From: an uncultured Bacteroides sp.
Lineage (GTDB): Bacteria; Bacteroidota; Bacteroidia; Bacteroidales; Muribaculaceae
Reading direction: 5' to 3'
DNA length: 58,729 bases
NCBI GenBank assembly: GCA_964472555.1
Contig: CAYYQS010000001.1
Span: 1 to 58,729, forward strand
Shown: positions 27,532 through 39,050 of the stretch, piece by piece
How positions within the stretch are numbered: the first letter of the stretch is position 1
Layout: each line of letters starts with the position of its first letter
Made by a program: the position numbers and the translations under genes
The notes under the pieces: model-generated
Told to the model about the DNA's origin: nothing
Seen by the model: only the letters and a program-made list of their open reading frames with translations
The model's database searches: none

Positions 27532-30500
27532 TCGAAAGTTCGGATACTGTCACCGTTCTCTTCACGTTTCCTGTTTTTGCGTTTCAGGAAATTGAAGAGA
27601 TTGTCAAAATCGCGTCTGAACATTATTCCTACGCCTTGTGTGGTCTGTGCCGTGCGTACGTAATAGTTTCGGTCGTTATATCTGTTATACGCTTTAAGTC
27701 GCCATGTACCACGTTTGTTCAGCAGATATTCAATGTCAAAGTCGCCTATAAACTGATTGCTGTTAAGTGTCTTATCACGGTAACCGAAGTTGCCGTTGAA
27801 GATGAGGCGGTTATTTAGAAGGCGACTCGATAGGGCTACATCGACCTCCACGTCGGAGAAATCACCTTTGTCACTTCGGAAGTTCGGGGCGATCGACCAT
27901 TTATCGCTGAGTTTACCGAGCATATTGCCGAGCTGACTCGAAATGGTAGAGGATGCCACCGACATCAGTTCGCTGCCTTTAGTTGTAGAGCTCATGTAAT
28001 CAGGTGTATAGAAGCGGTTGAGCGCAAGCAGATAGATTATCTGTCTGTTCATCATGTCGGATGTACTTACTATACTCCGTACTTTTCGATATGTGTCACT
28101 CGTAAGAGTGGGAAATTCGAGGTCAAAATCTATCGATGGCTGCCGGATATCACCCTTGACTTTCATAAGGGCGTGCACTGGCACTTTGGTTCGTGCCACC
28201 TCTTTATCCTGAAGGAAAGATTCATCGAGGTCACTCAGATTGGCAGTTGTCGCATAATATGCTTCAAGTGTCGTCTTGACGCCATAGGGGTCTCCGTCGA
28301 ACTGGATCATACTCCCTTCCTTTATTATAAAGTCCTTTATAATAATGTCCTGCAGAGTAAACTTATAGCTGCCGTCGAGAAGCGAATATTTTCCCCAGAT
28401 GTTGAGATCGTTATTAGTTGAGTTGTAAGCCAGATGCAGGTTGCCTTCGCCATGGGCTTTGATCTCGTCGCCGCCAACAGGATCCATCACCAGCGTCATA
28501 TCTGCATCTTTTGTAACATCAACACGGATATCCATGTTGTAAGCCGAAGGCGATTCTGTATTGTTAGACGCTCGCCGTCGGAAAGCCTTTACTGCTGGAG
28601 GGGTATCATCCAGTTTTGTTTCGAGAGGTTTAAGTGAATCCGGTGTCACGTCTCTGAATGTCAGGAATTTGTAGTCTTCAGCATCAAGTCTGTCGTTGAG
28701 CACGAAAGTGAAAGTGGATCTTGGAGCCGTTGACATCGCTACATTTATATCCACAACCCCCGGATATCCCGAAATGGAAGCTCCTCCATTGCCGTAGATT
28801 GTTCCATACCAGTCGGGGTTCTCCTTTGACGTAATGTTATAGCTCAGGAAATTCTTAGCATCTGTAATGTCAAATCTGAAAGTGGGCTCTTTGAAGAATG
28901 TATGGCCTACGTTACCGTTAAGCATGGCGGTGTTTCCCTCACTGTCTCGAATTATGACGTCCGTCAGTTCAATCTTTCCGGGAGCCAGATGCACGCTGTC
29001 TGTCGCGGAGTAAGATGTGCCTGTGAAGTCAATCTTTAGCGTCACGTTATCTGCAAAGATATCTCCTTCAAGATCAATCTCTTTGAAAGTGCCGAAAAGT
29101 CGGCATTTGCCGCTAGCTCGTCCGGAGATATCAGATGTGAAAGCCTCCATAAAAGGTTTTAGGAAACCTACCGGTACGCTGTCGGCCTCAAAATTAATGT
29201 CAAGCGCTTCTCTGAATGGATAGATGTCACCGAAAATTCGCGACTTACGCCCTTCAAGACCAGTTACATCGGCATCAAGATAGAATGATTTCTTTTCGTT
29301 GTTCCAACTTGCGAGGATATCGGCATCTCCGATTGTGCACCTCTGGTAGCCTATTGAGTCGACGTGCAGGGCGGGGCAGTGGAAGAAAGGTGATGCTCCC
29401 AGAATGTCTCTGGCCGTAAATAATCCCGTTGCTCGACCTCCGATCAAAGCTTTATCTATCTCAAGTGTATCAAAGATAGGAAGTAGGGAAACATTATTGA
29501 GATTAACTGTCAGGCTATCGGAGGGTTCATCGCCAATAGTACCTCCTATAGTGATATTCTGGTCGAGGGCCGACAATCCGAAGTCGTCTACCGTAACCTG
29601 TAGTGGCGAGATATCTATTCGCGAATCACGTATTCTCCATACTTCGTCCCCGAAGTTGATTGTTCCCGGCAAAAAGTTGATAGTCGCGTCAATAGGAAAA
29701 ATTCCACCGGGAGTCTTACCCACATTCCGCACAAGGGTGTTGAAGGCAAGCGTCCCATTTAGAGGAATGGTTCTCTCGATGCTCCAGTCGATTCGGGTAT
29801 CAAGTTCATTGTTTTTCATGTCAATCAGACCGGAGACACTCATGTCTCCTTTCTTCGTGGGAAACTGAGAGGTCACGAAAAGACTATTGCTATCTTTTTC
29901 AAGGTCGATTACGGCAGATATGTTGCTGTTTTCGAGTAGCTTGTCACCTTGTCGCAGATAAGGAGTGTCAATAGAAATATATGCTTTCCCCTCATCTGTA
30001 TCAAGCCGTCCGTCGATAGTCACGGTATGCAATGGTTGTATCGGCAGATTAAAGAAGGATGCAAGGTCTTCAAAAGGAGTCAATGAAAATTCAAACGAGA
30101 AATTGTTCGGATCACCAATCGCAGCGTCCTTTACAGGTGGCACTATTGCAGGTAGGAAGCTGCTGACCATATTTTGAAGTTGCGACGGCAACGTTGCAAT
30201 ATCATAGTAACCCTTGACACTGCCGGAAAGAAAATCTGAATAAAGATCGAGAGAGGGTACCGCATCATCAGGCCGGGATTCCAAACGCACGCGATTCAAT
30301 CGCAAACCTTTGCCGCGGTCATCTAACCACTTGATGTCAAACAATTGTGCATATCCTTCTGCATCTTTAAGACTTTTACCCTCAAAAGAGGTATTAAGCT
30401 TGGCACTCAGCCGCTTGCCCGGCTGAATCTCCGTAAGGCCGAGTGCGTTGAGGTCGACTTCCGATGCCACTAAAGTTCCTTGGAGTGCTTTATTGTCATC

Positions 30501-32039
30501 CGTCGCATTATAAAAGAGATATGCCAGAAGTTTTGCGTTTTCATCATCAAGAGACACGCTTATCTCATTTGTCCCTTTGGTGTCAAAACGCAAATCTCCT
30601 GAGAGATTCCGGTAATTGTATCCTTTAATCTCAATCTCATCAACATTAACTTTAAGATTTCCTGCCAGTTTGTATCCCGTCTTTACCGAGCCCGAAATAT
30701 CAGCTGTAAGAGGCCCCGGAATTTGAGAGCCGGTCAGCAAGTCGAGTCGTAGATCTTTCATACTCAGGTCTCCGGATATCGACATCGACCGCCCCCTGTT
30801 ATTATAATTGATATGTCCTCCAGCAACTCCCGGACTCCCGTTTATTTTTAGGTCAAGATTACCATGCTGGGCATTTCCTGCACCCATGGCAACTAAATTC
30901 AACTCAGGAAAACGCGCAAGAGTCTTTCTCATCCCTGACTTTATGAATCCTGACGAAAGATGTGCAATTTCCGGGCCATTGACTTTAACGGAAAGATGAT
31001 CGAGTGTAAAGTCTAAACGATCACTGTAAGTTATACTGTCGACAGCTCCTGAAATATTCAGGGAAAGTAGTCCACCTTTTTTATCTTTAAGTGTGAATGA
31101 ATTTAATCTTGCACTCGATATATTTCCCTCGACGTCAAAATCCAGCAGGAAACTTTGGTCAATCTTTGCAAGTATAGGAAGAAAGGCCTCTAAATCTGGT
31201 GGAAAGACAACTGCCGGTCTCGACGTGGAAATGGTTACAGATCCTTTCTCAAGCGCTTCTCCGATCCGTGAAAGTGAAGGATAAGAGAGTGTTACGTTTG
31301 AGAGCGAAAAACGGGAGGAAGGCAAAGCAAGATAGAAGTCGGAAAGCGTGGCTGTATTTGTGTCAAGGTCTGCCTTGAACCGCAGGGTGCTTAGTATAAA
31401 GCCACATTGCTCTTCAAACGACAGGTGATCCAGTTCAACGGTATACCTGCTATTGCTTATTCGGGGGATATATGCATTTATTTCGAAATCCCGCACCGAG
31501 ATATGAGCCGGGTCGAATAATCCGTCTTTCTTTCGCTCGACGCTCAGCACGTCATAGGTTAGAGAAGAATTTCTTAAAAGAACTGTGTTTATCCTTAGAT
31601 CAAAGGCTTTTTCTTTAGTAGGTCGGTCGGACTTGAGTCTCTCAAGTATAGGGCTGATATTTAGCTCCGCCCCGGGTTCTTCCCGGAAAATTCTGAACGA
31701 GGCGCCCTCGACTAAAGCATAGTCTATCACGAGTTCTCCGGTGCGCAAAAAGCGGAATAATTCAAACCCGGCGCTGACGTTGTCCACCGAAGCAATTGAA
31801 TCGGTTCCTGAAGAGAGGGTTACTTCGGAAATCGAAAGGCGGTTAAATGGATGAATCACTATTTTCCCTACTCCAACCTCTGCTCCGAGAAGAGATGACA
31901 ATTCCTCCGCAGCGATATCTCTGATTTTATTCTGGATGGGTGTCAACGACAGCAGAATGTATATCGACACCGGTAGAATTACTGAAAGTATCAGTAGGGT
32001 CGATATCAAAGCTCGGAATATTTTCCAGAATATTTTCAC
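27519..32039 (-). CDS. tamB: Translocation/assembly module TamB-domain protein
   Basis: 1506 aa with an N-terminal anchor, beta-taco-like repeats and a C-terminal DUF490-like region (LLNNRLIFNGNFGYR..GDFDIEY). Confidence 0.88.
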   Translation of the reverse strand: MKIFWKIFRALISTLLILSVILPVSIYILLSLTPIQNKIRDIAAEELSSLLGAEVGVGKIVIHPFNRLSISEVTLSSGTDSIASVDNVSAGFELFRFLRTGELVIDYALVEGASFRIFREEPGAELNISPILERLKSDRPTKEKAFDLRINTVLLRNSSLTYDVLSVERKKDGLFDPAHISVRDFEINAYIPRISNSRYTVELDHLSFEEQCGFILSTLRFKADLDTNTATLSDFYLALPSSRFSLSNVTLSYPSLSRIGEALEKGSVTISTSRPAVVFPPDLEAFLPILAKIDQSFLLDFDVEGNISSARLNSFTLKDKKGGLLSLNISGAVDSITYSDRLDFTLDHLSVKVNGPEIAHLSSGFIKSGMRKTLARFPELNLVAMGAGNAQHGNLDLKINGSPGVAGGHINYNNRGRSMSISGDLSMKDLRLDLLTGSQIPGPLTADISGSVKTGYKLAGNLKVNVDEIEIKGYNYRNLSGDLRFDTKGTNEISVSLDDENAKLLAYLFYNATDDNKALQGTLVASEVDLNALGLTEIQPGKRLSAKLNTSFEGKSLKDAEGYAQLFDIKWLDDRGKGLRLNRVRLESRPDDAVPSLDLYSDFLSGSVKGYYDIATLPSQLQNMVSSFLPAIVPPVKDAAIGDPNNFSFEFSLTPFEDLASFFNLPIQPLHTVTIDGRLDTDEGKAYISIDTPYLRQGDKLLENSNISAVIDLEKDSNSLFVTSQFPTKKGDMSVSGLIDMKNNELDTRIDWSIERTIPLNGTLAFNTLVRNVGKTPGGIFPIDATINFLPGTINFGDEVWRIRDSRIDISPLQVTVDDFGLSALDQNITIGGTIGDEPSDSLTVNLNNVSLLPIFDTLEIDKALIGGRATGLFTARDILGASPFFHCPALHVDSIGYQRCTIGDADILASWNNEKKSFYLDADVTGLEGRKSRIFGDIYPFREALDINFEADSVPVGFLKPFMEAFTSDISGRASGKCRLFGTFKEIDLEGDIFADNVTLKIDFTGTSYSATDSVHLAPGKIELTDVIIRDSEGNTAMLNGNVGHTFFKEPTFRFDITDAKNFLSYNITSKENPDWYGTIYGNGGASISGYPGVVDINVAMSTAPRSTFTFVLNDRLDAEDYKFLTFRDVTPDSLKPLETKLDDTPPAVKAFRRRASNNTESPSAYNMDIRVDVTKDADMTLVMDPVGGDEIKAHGEGNLHLAYNSTNNDLNIWGKYSLLDGSYKFTLQDIIIKDFIIKEGSMIQFDGDPYGVKTTLEAYYATTANLSDLDESFLQDKEVARTKVPVHALMKVKGDIRQPSIDFDLEFPTLTSDTYRKVRSIVSTSDMMNRQIIYLLALNRFYTPDYMSSTTKGSELMSVASSTISSQLGNMLGKLSDKWSIAPNFRSDKGDFSDVEVDVALSSRLLNNRLIFNGNFGYRDKTLNSNQFIGDFDIEYLLNKRGTWRLKAYNRYNDRNYYVRTAQTTQGVGIMFRRDFDNLFNFLKRKNRKREENGDSIRTFDQSK

Positions 32040-32059
32040 TGCTTGTCGTTATAGCGCTT

Positions 32060-32091
32060 AAAAGCCGGGGCACAGTGCTCTGTACCCCGGC
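32060..32091 (-). terminator. Rho-independent terminator after malQ
   Basis: Minus strand GCCGGGGTACAG-agca-CTGTGCCCCGGC-TTTT. Confidence 0.75.
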
Positions 32092-32110
32092 ATATTGCGT
32101 TCAGTTTAAT

Positions 32111-34786
32111 TTAACGTCCGGAATTCTTGATCTTATCACGGAGATAACGGTTAAATTCTGTGTGTTCTATCAGATCTTCTACCGTAAGGTGCATACGGTA
32201 GCGCCAGTAGTGACGGGGATTGGCAGGAACGTTTATCTGCTCTTCCTGAGGTTTTTCTCTGCGTATCGAGCCGTCGATCGAGAGCCAGTCCTGCAGAGGT
32301 AAGATGCAGAGCATGGAGGGGGAATGGAGATGAAGATCAATGATCTTGTCGCAAACCCACGGTTCCGCAAAGTATGGAGCTGCACCGCCTTCGTGAAGAA
32401 CTTCATTGTAGTAGAGCTGAGTCTTGGCTCTGTCTTCCTCCCACCACTGGCGTATGCCGCCCATATCGTGTGTGGAGGTGGTGCATACCGAGAAGTAAGG
32501 ATAGTTCCATGTATTCCCGAAGGTCGACGATGGATCCTTGGGCATGCGCTGTATCTCAAGCGAAAGAATCTCGAGCTGTTCCATTACCGCAGGGACACAC
32601 GCAGGAATCATACCGAGGTCTTCTGCACACACAAGCATGTCGGTGGAGTCGATAAGCGGAGGAAGCTTCCACATCGCTTTACCATACCAGAAGTCGTTAT
32701 GCCGGTGATAGAAGAAGTCATTATAGAGTCGGTTGAAGCACCAGCGCTCGTAGTCATTTAGTGAGCGGTAGATGTAGGTATACTGAGCTGAGATTCTCGG
32801 ATGATACTTGCCTTTCTCTATAGGATCTTCTATAAATAGCACATCGTCGATAAGACCGGTAAGGCCCTCGCAAACTCGTGTATTTTTTTCATCTTTCGGA
32901 AGGGTGGCGAAATAATCGGCTATCTTACGCTGTGTGTTGAATTCCGGCTTGAGTTCATACCGCCCGTCGGGGAGTTTATTCATGTACAGGCGCAAGGTCT
33001 CGGCAGTGTAGGGGCCGAAGAAGTCCTCCACGAAGTAGTCCATGATGTATGGTTTGGTATGCCGCTCGGGGTCAATCCAGAAATCATAGTTGTACCGCAA
33101 CTCATCGACAGAGAAGGGGAGGGCCGGATTGAAATAGCCTAAGAGACCATGAAGTGCGTCCATCGGTATTTGCCATATGCGGAAGAATCCAAGCACATGG
33201 TCAATACGGTAGGCATCAAAGTATTCGGCCATTTTACGGAAACGGGCTTTCCACCATGCGAAGCCGTCTCGGTTCATCTCCTCCCAGTTGTATGTTGGGA
33301 AGCCCCAGTTCTGGCCGAGTACAGAGAAATCATCAGGGGGAGCTCCGGCCTGACAATCCATGTTGAACAGGCGCGGATCCTGCCAAGCGTCGGCACTCGT
33401 GCGCGAAATACCGATAGGTATATCTCCCTTTAGGGCAATACCCTTGGAATTTGCGTAGTCGTGCACATATCTCATCTGCTTGTCAAGATGATATTGCAGA
33501 TAGCATACGAAATCAATTTCCCGTGGATTCTCTGCTATCACTCGCCTAAGTACTTCCGACGAGTAGTTGGCGTAATCGCTCCACTGGGTGAAATCCGGAG
33601 TACCGAACTGATCACGCAGTACACAGAAGGCGGCATAGGGCTTGAGCCAATAGCCGTTCTTCTCTAAAAATGCCTTATATCCCTTGCTCTTCAAGGTTTT
33701 CTCGCCGTCCTGAGTGAAGATCTCTCGTAAGTACGCGAGCTTGGCATTGTTGGCGCGCTCATAGTCGATCTCAGGGAGAGCATTCAATTCGGCTGCAAGC
33801 TCATCATAGTATTTTACGCGAGCCTTGTCCTTGAGTTTACCGAGTTCCTGAACGCGGAGGAACATCGGATGAAGCGCAAACGTAGAATTAGCATTGTAAG
33901 GATATGAATCCGTCCACGTATGCGTCATAGTGGTATCATTGATAGGCAGAAGCTGAAGGAAGGTCTGTCCGGTGGCAGCTGCCCAATCAATCATTTTTAG
34001 AAGATCATAGAAATCGCCCACACCCATGTCCTCCTGTGTACGGAGAGAGAATACTGGTATTGCAGTACCGGCTCCTCGCCATGGCGTAAGTGTATTGATG
34101 AAACGCATACCCTCGAGAATAGTAGCTTCTCCCTTTGCAGGAATCACGCCGATAGTGCGGTTGGCGCCACCTTCCCAAGCTATGACATTTCCGTTTGTAG
34201 CATCAAGTATGAGGAATTTATACTCCGTATGGGCTAAGAGGCCTTTTGAGGGAACATTAGTTTTCCATACGGGAAACTCTGCATCACTCATGCGGATCGC
34301 CTTGTTCACATCCCAGTTGCCGAGGGCATCACCTTCGCCCGAAACTGCAAGAACTCGCCCCGGGCCGACCATGGGTGCCGATACTGCAAGCGTAGTGAAG
34401 TCTTCAATCGGGAGTACTTGTTCGCCGGGAAGAGCATGACGGCAGATACAGTCGGTAAACGCCGAAGAATAGAAGGGCTTGTCTAAAGGCTGGTCTTGCC
34501 AGCGGTCGAATACTCTGCATATGGCAGCTTCCTTGCCTCCGTGGAAAACATTACCATGACCCCATTCTTCTTTAACGGAGCCATCATCCCGACGGACTAT
34601 ATAACTATAGCGAAATCCTTCGATATCGGCTGGGATATCAATGGTTACTGTCCAATGGTCTATCCCTTCAAGCTCCATTTTCAGAGCTTTGGCAAAGTCC
34701 CCTTCTCCTAAAACGGGTAGGGTGCCTGTCACGAAAAGCGATTCTCCCCAGTTGGTACGGTAATCAATATTGAACGTAAGCTTCAT
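32111..34786 (-). CDS. malQ: 4-alpha-glucanotransferase (GH77 with two N-terminal CBM20)
   Basis: TNWGE and LGNWD CBM20 motifs; GAPPDDF, QNWGFP, RIDHVLGFFR, AEDLG, STHD. Confidence 0.93.
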   Translation of the reverse strand: MKLTFNIDYRTNWGESLFVTGTLPVLGEGDFAKALKMELEGIDHWTVTIDIPADIEGFRYSYIVRRDDGSVKEEWGHGNVFHGGKEAAICRVFDRWQDQPLDKPFYSSAFTDCICRHALPGEQVLPIEDFTTLAVSAPMVGPGRVLAVSGEGDALGNWDVNKAIRMSDAEFPVWKTNVPSKGLLAHTEYKFLILDATNGNVIAWEGGANRTIGVIPAKGEATILEGMRFINTLTPWRGAGTAIPVFSLRTQEDMGVGDFYDLLKMIDWAAATGQTFLQLLPINDTTMTHTWTDSYPYNANSTFALHPMFLRVQELGKLKDKARVKYYDELAAELNALPEIDYERANNAKLAYLREIFTQDGEKTLKSKGYKAFLEKNGYWLKPYAAFCVLRDQFGTPDFTQWSDYANYSSEVLRRVIAENPREIDFVCYLQYHLDKQMRYVHDYANSKGIALKGDIPIGISRTSADAWQDPRLFNMDCQAGAPPDDFSVLGQNWGFPTYNWEEMNRDGFAWWKARFRKMAEYFDAYRIDHVLGFFRIWQIPMDALHGLLGYFNPALPFSVDELRYNYDFWIDPERHTKPYIMDYFVEDFFGPYTAETLRLYMNKLPDGRYELKPEFNTQRKIADYFATLPKDEKNTRVCEGLTGLIDDVLFIEDPIEKGKYHPRISAQYTYIYRSLNDYERWCFNRLYNDFFYHRHNDFWYGKAMWKLPPLIDSTDMLVCAEDLGMIPACVPAVMEQLEILSLEIQRMPKDPSSTFGNTWNYPYFSVCTTSTHDMGGIRQWWEEDRAKTQLYYNEVLHEGGAAPYFAEPWVCDKIIDLHLHSPSMLCILPLQDWLSIDGSIRREKPQEEQINVPANPRHYWRYRMHLTVEDLIEHTEFNRYLRDKIKNSGR

Positions 34787-34846
34787 TTTGCGTTTATGCG
34801 TATGATATTATGTTTTAAGATGTATCTCTGAGATGTTTTTATGTTA

Positions 34847-34854
34847 CAAAATTA
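34847..34854 (-). promoter_or_regulatory. Housekeeping -7 box for malQ
   Basis: Minus strand TAATTTTG. Confidence 0.55.
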
Positions 34855-34899
34855 CGCCAAAAACTCTAATTGCTTCGCGCATTTAAGAATATTTAGCAA

Positions 34900-35688
34900 T
34901 CAGAGGACGGCAACTTCCTTGGCGCTTATTGTAACTATCTTTGTCTTGGCATCTTCTGTCTTAGGGCTATAGATATATCTGATACCCATCTTACACTCTT
35001 TTATTAGCGAGATTTCGTACTTGAGCGTCGGCTCTGTTTCCATTCCTTGTTTAAGATTCTGGTAGATAGCTTCTTTAACATGCGGAAGTGTACTGTCCTC
35101 GAATTCAAAAAGTTCGGTATCATATGTATAGTAGTAGCAGACAAAATCATCGGCAATACTTACACCGGTCATAACGAGGCCTTCCTCAACCGTATCAGGA
35201 CATAATGCATTTGCAGAAGCAATCGATAGTTCAAGAGCCTTTCTTTTATTGTCGGCCACAGGTTCAGCATCTGCTATTGTTTTGAGTTCTTGCGGCGTAA
35301 GGGTCAGCACCATACTGTCTTGCGACTGCATACCTTTATATATCACCGACAGTGTGGCGTCGGCATCAATCATCTTTTTCAAAAACTCACTGATGTCGGA
35401 CCGCAGATAGTTTGCTAAAAATTCTTTTTGATATGACTGAGTTCGTCCGAGGGAATTGATATCCACGCCGTCCTCATTAAGAAGAAACTTAAAAAATACT
35501 TCGTTTTTGTTTTCTTGATAGCTTACCTGCTCAAACACAGCGAAATTGCCGTATGTTATAGGGCAATCACTGTTTATCTGCTCCACGATCAGTTGCAACT
35601 GTACCTTCCGGGGATTTGTACAGCCCGAAATAAGAAGTATAAGACCGATTGCCACAATTCTAATGGCATTCATACGTACTTTAGTCAT
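34900..35688 (-). CDS. Hypothetical lipoprotein with an internal duplication
   Basis: Lipobox ISGC; two N-x2-CP repeats (INSDCPITY, ANALCPDTV). Confidence 0.75.
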   Translation of the reverse strand: MTKVRMNAIRIVAIGLILLISGCTNPRKVQLQLIVEQINSDCPITYGNFAVFEQVSYQENKNEVFFKFLLNEDGVDINSLGRTQSYQKEFLANYLRSDISEFLKKMIDADATLSVIYKGMQSQDSMVLTLTPQELKTIADAEPVADNKRKALELSIASANALCPDTVEEGLVMTGVSIADDFVCYYYTYDTELFEFEDSTLPHVKEAIYQNLKQGMETEPTLKYEISLIKECKMGIRYIYSPKTEDAKTKIVTISAKEVAVL

Positions 35689-36943
35689 GAGTCGCTTTGT
35701 TTCTGGGCGTAAATATTAATGATGAAGATGTACACATTCGTTGGGCTATAGTGGCAAGATCTTCTACAGTTACAGATGATATGGCTTCTGTTGTTTCTTC
35801 AGGAGTTGTGGGAGCACCCTTGAAAAGTGTGGCTCTGGCTGCCGACATTATTGTGTTCTCGCGGTTTTCCGACGCAATAGCAAGTTGTCCTAAATACTGC
35901 TTCCGGGCTCTTTCAAGTCTGCGGCTGTCAAAAGATCCGTTTCCGATTTCTGAAAAGACTTTATCCGTTAGCTTTCTGCATGTTTCAAGATCTTCAGGAT
36001 CACATCCGAAGTAAACAGTCAGAAGGCCCGCTTGGGAGAATAGTGCCGTGGAAGTCTCAACTGAATATACCAACCCGCGCCGCTCACGCAGTTCGACATT
36101 CAGCAACGAGTTCATACCGGGACCGCCGGTGATATTGGAAAGAAGTGCAACGGCATATCGGTCTGCCGAATTAAGTCCTCCCACACTCACTCCGGTCACA
36201 CAATGGCACTGATGTATCTCAAGAGGAATCTCTCTGTGGAATACAGAAGTCTGTACATCTACGGAGATAGCGTTCTTCTTATCTCCGGAAGGGAGGGCGG
36301 AAAAATAGTTCTCGCATACTTTTGCCACCCTGTCAAGTCCCATAGGACCACTGTAAAAGAGAACACAATTCTCCCTCCGGTAATTATTTTTGAGAAAGGA
36401 CCGGCAGTCTTCACTCCCTAAACCTTCTACACTCTCGGGAGTCCCGAGGATGTTGTGAGCGTAAGGTGTGCCCTCCAGAATCATTTCCTCAAAATCATCG
36501 AAAATAGCTTCCGAAGGGGTATCCCGGTAAGAATAAATCTCATCTATCACCACCTGCCGCTCTTTTTCAATCTCTTTGGAAGGAAATTGTGAATTCACAG
36601 CCAGATCGGAAACGAGTTCTACAGCTCTGGCAGTATTACCGGCTGGAAATACAGTATAAACTACTGTTTCTTCTTTTGTCGTAAAGGCATTGAGTTCACC
36701 ACCAACTGCCTCCATACGATTGATGATGTGCCACGATCGCCGTCTTAGTGTACCCTTGAAGATTGTGTGTTCCACAAAATGGGCAAGGCCGAACTCTCCG
36801 CTGCGATCATCGGCACTTCCGGCCTTGACCGCAATACCGAATATTCCGGCGCGGGCTCCACGGTCGTGTGTATGCACGAGCCTCAGTCCGTCACTTAGAG
36901 GGAGGAGGGTAGTCTGCGGGCGTCTCACTGTCGTTCTATCCAT
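35681..36943 (-). CDS. M16 family zinc peptidase
   Basis: Inverted zinc motif HFVEH, LNAFT, LRERRGLVY. Confidence 0.92.
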   Translation of the reverse strand: MDRTTVRRPQTTLLPLSDGLRLVHTHDRGARAGIFGIAVKAGSADDRSGEFGLAHFVEHTIFKGTLRRRSWHIINRMEAVGGELNAFTTKEETVVYTVFPAGNTARAVELVSDLAVNSQFPSKEIEKERQVVIDEIYSYRDTPSEAIFDDFEEMILEGTPYAHNILGTPESVEGLGSEDCRSFLKNNYRRENCVLFYSGPMGLDRVAKVCENYFSALPSGDKKNAISVDVQTSVFHREIPLEIHQCHCVTGVSVGGLNSADRYAVALLSNITGGPGMNSLLNVELRERRGLVYSVETSTALFSQAGLLTVYFGCDPEDLETCRKLTDKVFSEIGNGSFDSRRLERARKQYLGQLAIASENRENTIMSAARATLFKGAPTTPEETTEAISSVTVEDLATIAQRMCTSSSLIFTPRNKATHD

Positions 36944-38529
36944 TGCCCGTCAGCCTTTATCAGTTCGATAAGTGCTTCCAAGGCCTCGTCTTGAGGAATA
37001 TTCCGGCGGATACATTCGGTGCCGCGATAGATGCTTACGTTCCCGGCGGCTGCTCCGACATAACCGTAGTCGGCACCGGCCATCTCTCCAGGTCCGTTGA
37101 CAATGCACCCCATTACGGCAATCTTGAGATGCTTAAGATGTAGACAGGCCTGTTTCACTCTCTCGAGTGCTTCCGGCAGGGCGAAAAGCGTGCGCCCACA
37201 CCCCGGACATGCTACGATCTCGGCCTGATAGCGAGCAAGCCCGGCTGCCTGAACTATCTTCCTGCATAGGTCTGCCGATTCTGCTTCGGTGAGTAGCGGA
37301 GAGTCTATGCCTATTGCGTCGCGGTATCCGTCGAGTAGCAGGGCTCCTAAGTCGCATGATGCCGCAACTATCAATTCGTTTCTGTCGCTAATTTCAGGAT
37401 AAGAAACTATTGTAAGATAGGGCACCCCAGATGGATCAGCATCAATTATCTTGCGTGCTGAAGCGATTCGGGAAGGCCTGTCGAGTGTCAGTATTTTAAT
37501 GCCTTCAGCATCTTTGGAGACAGTGTCATAGAGAATGCCGGTCGGTTCATTTTCTCCTACACCTACTATTGTCTGCGACTTACGGCGTCCTTTCGACCTC
37601 GTCCGCCTTGGACCTCCGTCTTGCGGAGAAGCTGCGAGATTCCGCATGGAATGATCTACAAGCTGGCGGGCGACGGGTATTTCGTTGACAGGGTCTTCGC
37701 TGAGCGATACTCGTATGGTGTCACCGATTCCGTCACTTAGAAGTGACCCTATACCTACAGACGATTTTATTCGTCCCTCAAGTGCATTTCCGGCTTCTGT
37801 CACTCCAAGATGAAGGGGGAACGCCATGTCTTCGGCCTTCATTCGCTCCACGAGCAGTCTTACGGTATCAGTCATCACGGGTACATCAGATGCCTTGATC
37901 GAGACTACCACATCCGAAAAACCTTCATCAACACATATCTTTAGGAATTCCATTGCCGATTCGACCATGCCTTCCGCCCCGTCGCCGAAGCGGCTCATTA
38001 TACGGTCACTCAGCGAACCATGATTCACTCCTATTCTCAATGCGGTGTGATTTTCACGGCATAATTTAAGGAACGGTACGAACTTCTCTCTGATTTTTTC
38101 AAGCTCCTGCGCATATTCCTCGTCCGTGAAATTCATTTTGCGGAAGGTTCGGCCCGGATCAAAGAAGTTTCCGGGATTTATCCTCACTTTCTCCACATGC
38201 TTGGCAGCTTCGTAGGCCGCGGCAGGATTAAAATGTATGTCTGCTACAAGGGGAACATTACATCCGGCCTCTCTGAGCTTCTCCCGGATTATTCCGAGAT
38301 TGGCGGCATGACTAACCCCTTGGGCGGTAAGGCGCACAAGACTGGCTCCGGCTTCGGCAAGCTCAAGCGCTTGAGCAACCGAGGCTTCAATATCAAGTGT
38401 AGAAGTAGTGGTCATTGATTGTACCACCACTTCAGCGGGAGCACCAACGACTAAATCTGCTATATGTGCCGGATTAACTTTCCTCCGCAGTCGGGCAGAT
38501 GCTTCAAATTCTTTTTCGGTCACGATCAC
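36925..38529 (-). CDS. ispG: HMBPP synthase
   Basis: [48 protein letters not shown]. Confidence 0.95.
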   Translation of the reverse strand: MIVTEKEFEASARLRRKVNPAHIADLVVGAPAEVVVQSMTTTSTLDIEASVAQALELAEAGASLVRLTAQGVSHAANLGIIREKLREAGCNVPLVADIHFNPAAAYEAAKHVEKVRINPGNFFDPGRTFRKMNFTDEEYAQELEKIREKFVPFLKLCRENHTALRIGVNHGSLSDRIMSRFGDGAEGMVESAMEFLKICVDEGFSDVVVSIKASDVPVMTDTVRLLVERMKAEDMAFPLHLGVTEAGNALEGRIKSSVGIGSLLSDGIGDTIRVSLSEDPVNEIPVARQLVDHSMRNLAASPQDGGPRRTRSKGRRKSQTIVGVGENEPTGILYDTVSKDAEGIKILTLDRPSRIASARKIIDADPSGVPYLTIVSYPEISDRNELIVAASCDLGALLLDGYRDAIGIDSPLLTEAESADLCRKIVQAAGLARYQAEIVACPGCGRTLFALPEALERVKQACLHLKHLKIAVMGCIVNGPGEMAGADYGYVGAAAGNVSIYRGTECIRRNIPQDEALEALIELIKADGQWIERQ

Positions 38530-39050
38530 CCGATTTTAAATTTATAATCAGTTATGGCTGCAAGTTCGGCGTCGGCCTTTACAACTTTTGTAGACAGCGA
38601 CGCACAGTAAAGTGCATAGCGTGAAGCAAGTAACTTGTCGGAAAGTGAAAGAATACGTACTGCGAGTACTGCAGCGTTCATGGCACCGTTAATGCCTACC
38701 GTAGCAGTAGGAATACCCGGGGGCATCTGTACGATAGAGAGCAACGCGTCTATTCCGTCGAGTGTTGAGGCAATAGGCACTCCGATTACAGGAAGAGGAG
38801 TCAGTGCTGCAATTACTCCGGGGAGGGCTGCCGCCATGCCTGCAGCGGCTATTATTACCTCCACTCCACGACTTTGGGCATTAGCAGCAAATTCTTCCAC
38901 TGCTTTTGGAGTGCGGTGAGCACTGAGAGCGTGCATCTCGAAAGGAACTTCCATTTGTTCCAGAAAGTCCGCTGCCTTCCGCATTATGGGAAGGTCAGAC
39001 GTACTCCCCATGATTATGCTTACTTTAGGCGATATATCAGTTTGATTCAT
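38526..39050 (-). CDS. purE: N5-CAIR mutase
   Basis: [29 protein letters not shown]. Confidence 0.96.
   Translation of the reverse strand: MNQTDISPKVSIIMGSTSDLPIMRKAADFLEQMEVPFEMHALSAHRTPKAVEEFAANAQSRGVEVIIAAAGMAAALPGVIAALTPLPVIGVPIASTLDGIDALLSIVQMPPGIPTATVGINGAMNAAVLAVRILSLSDKLLASRYALYCASLSTKVVKADAELAAITDYKFKIG

Noticed and set aside
34824-34834. ATCTC-T-GAGAT palindrome upstream of malQ as an operator
   Set aside because: Too short to distinguish from chance, and no regulator gene is nearby
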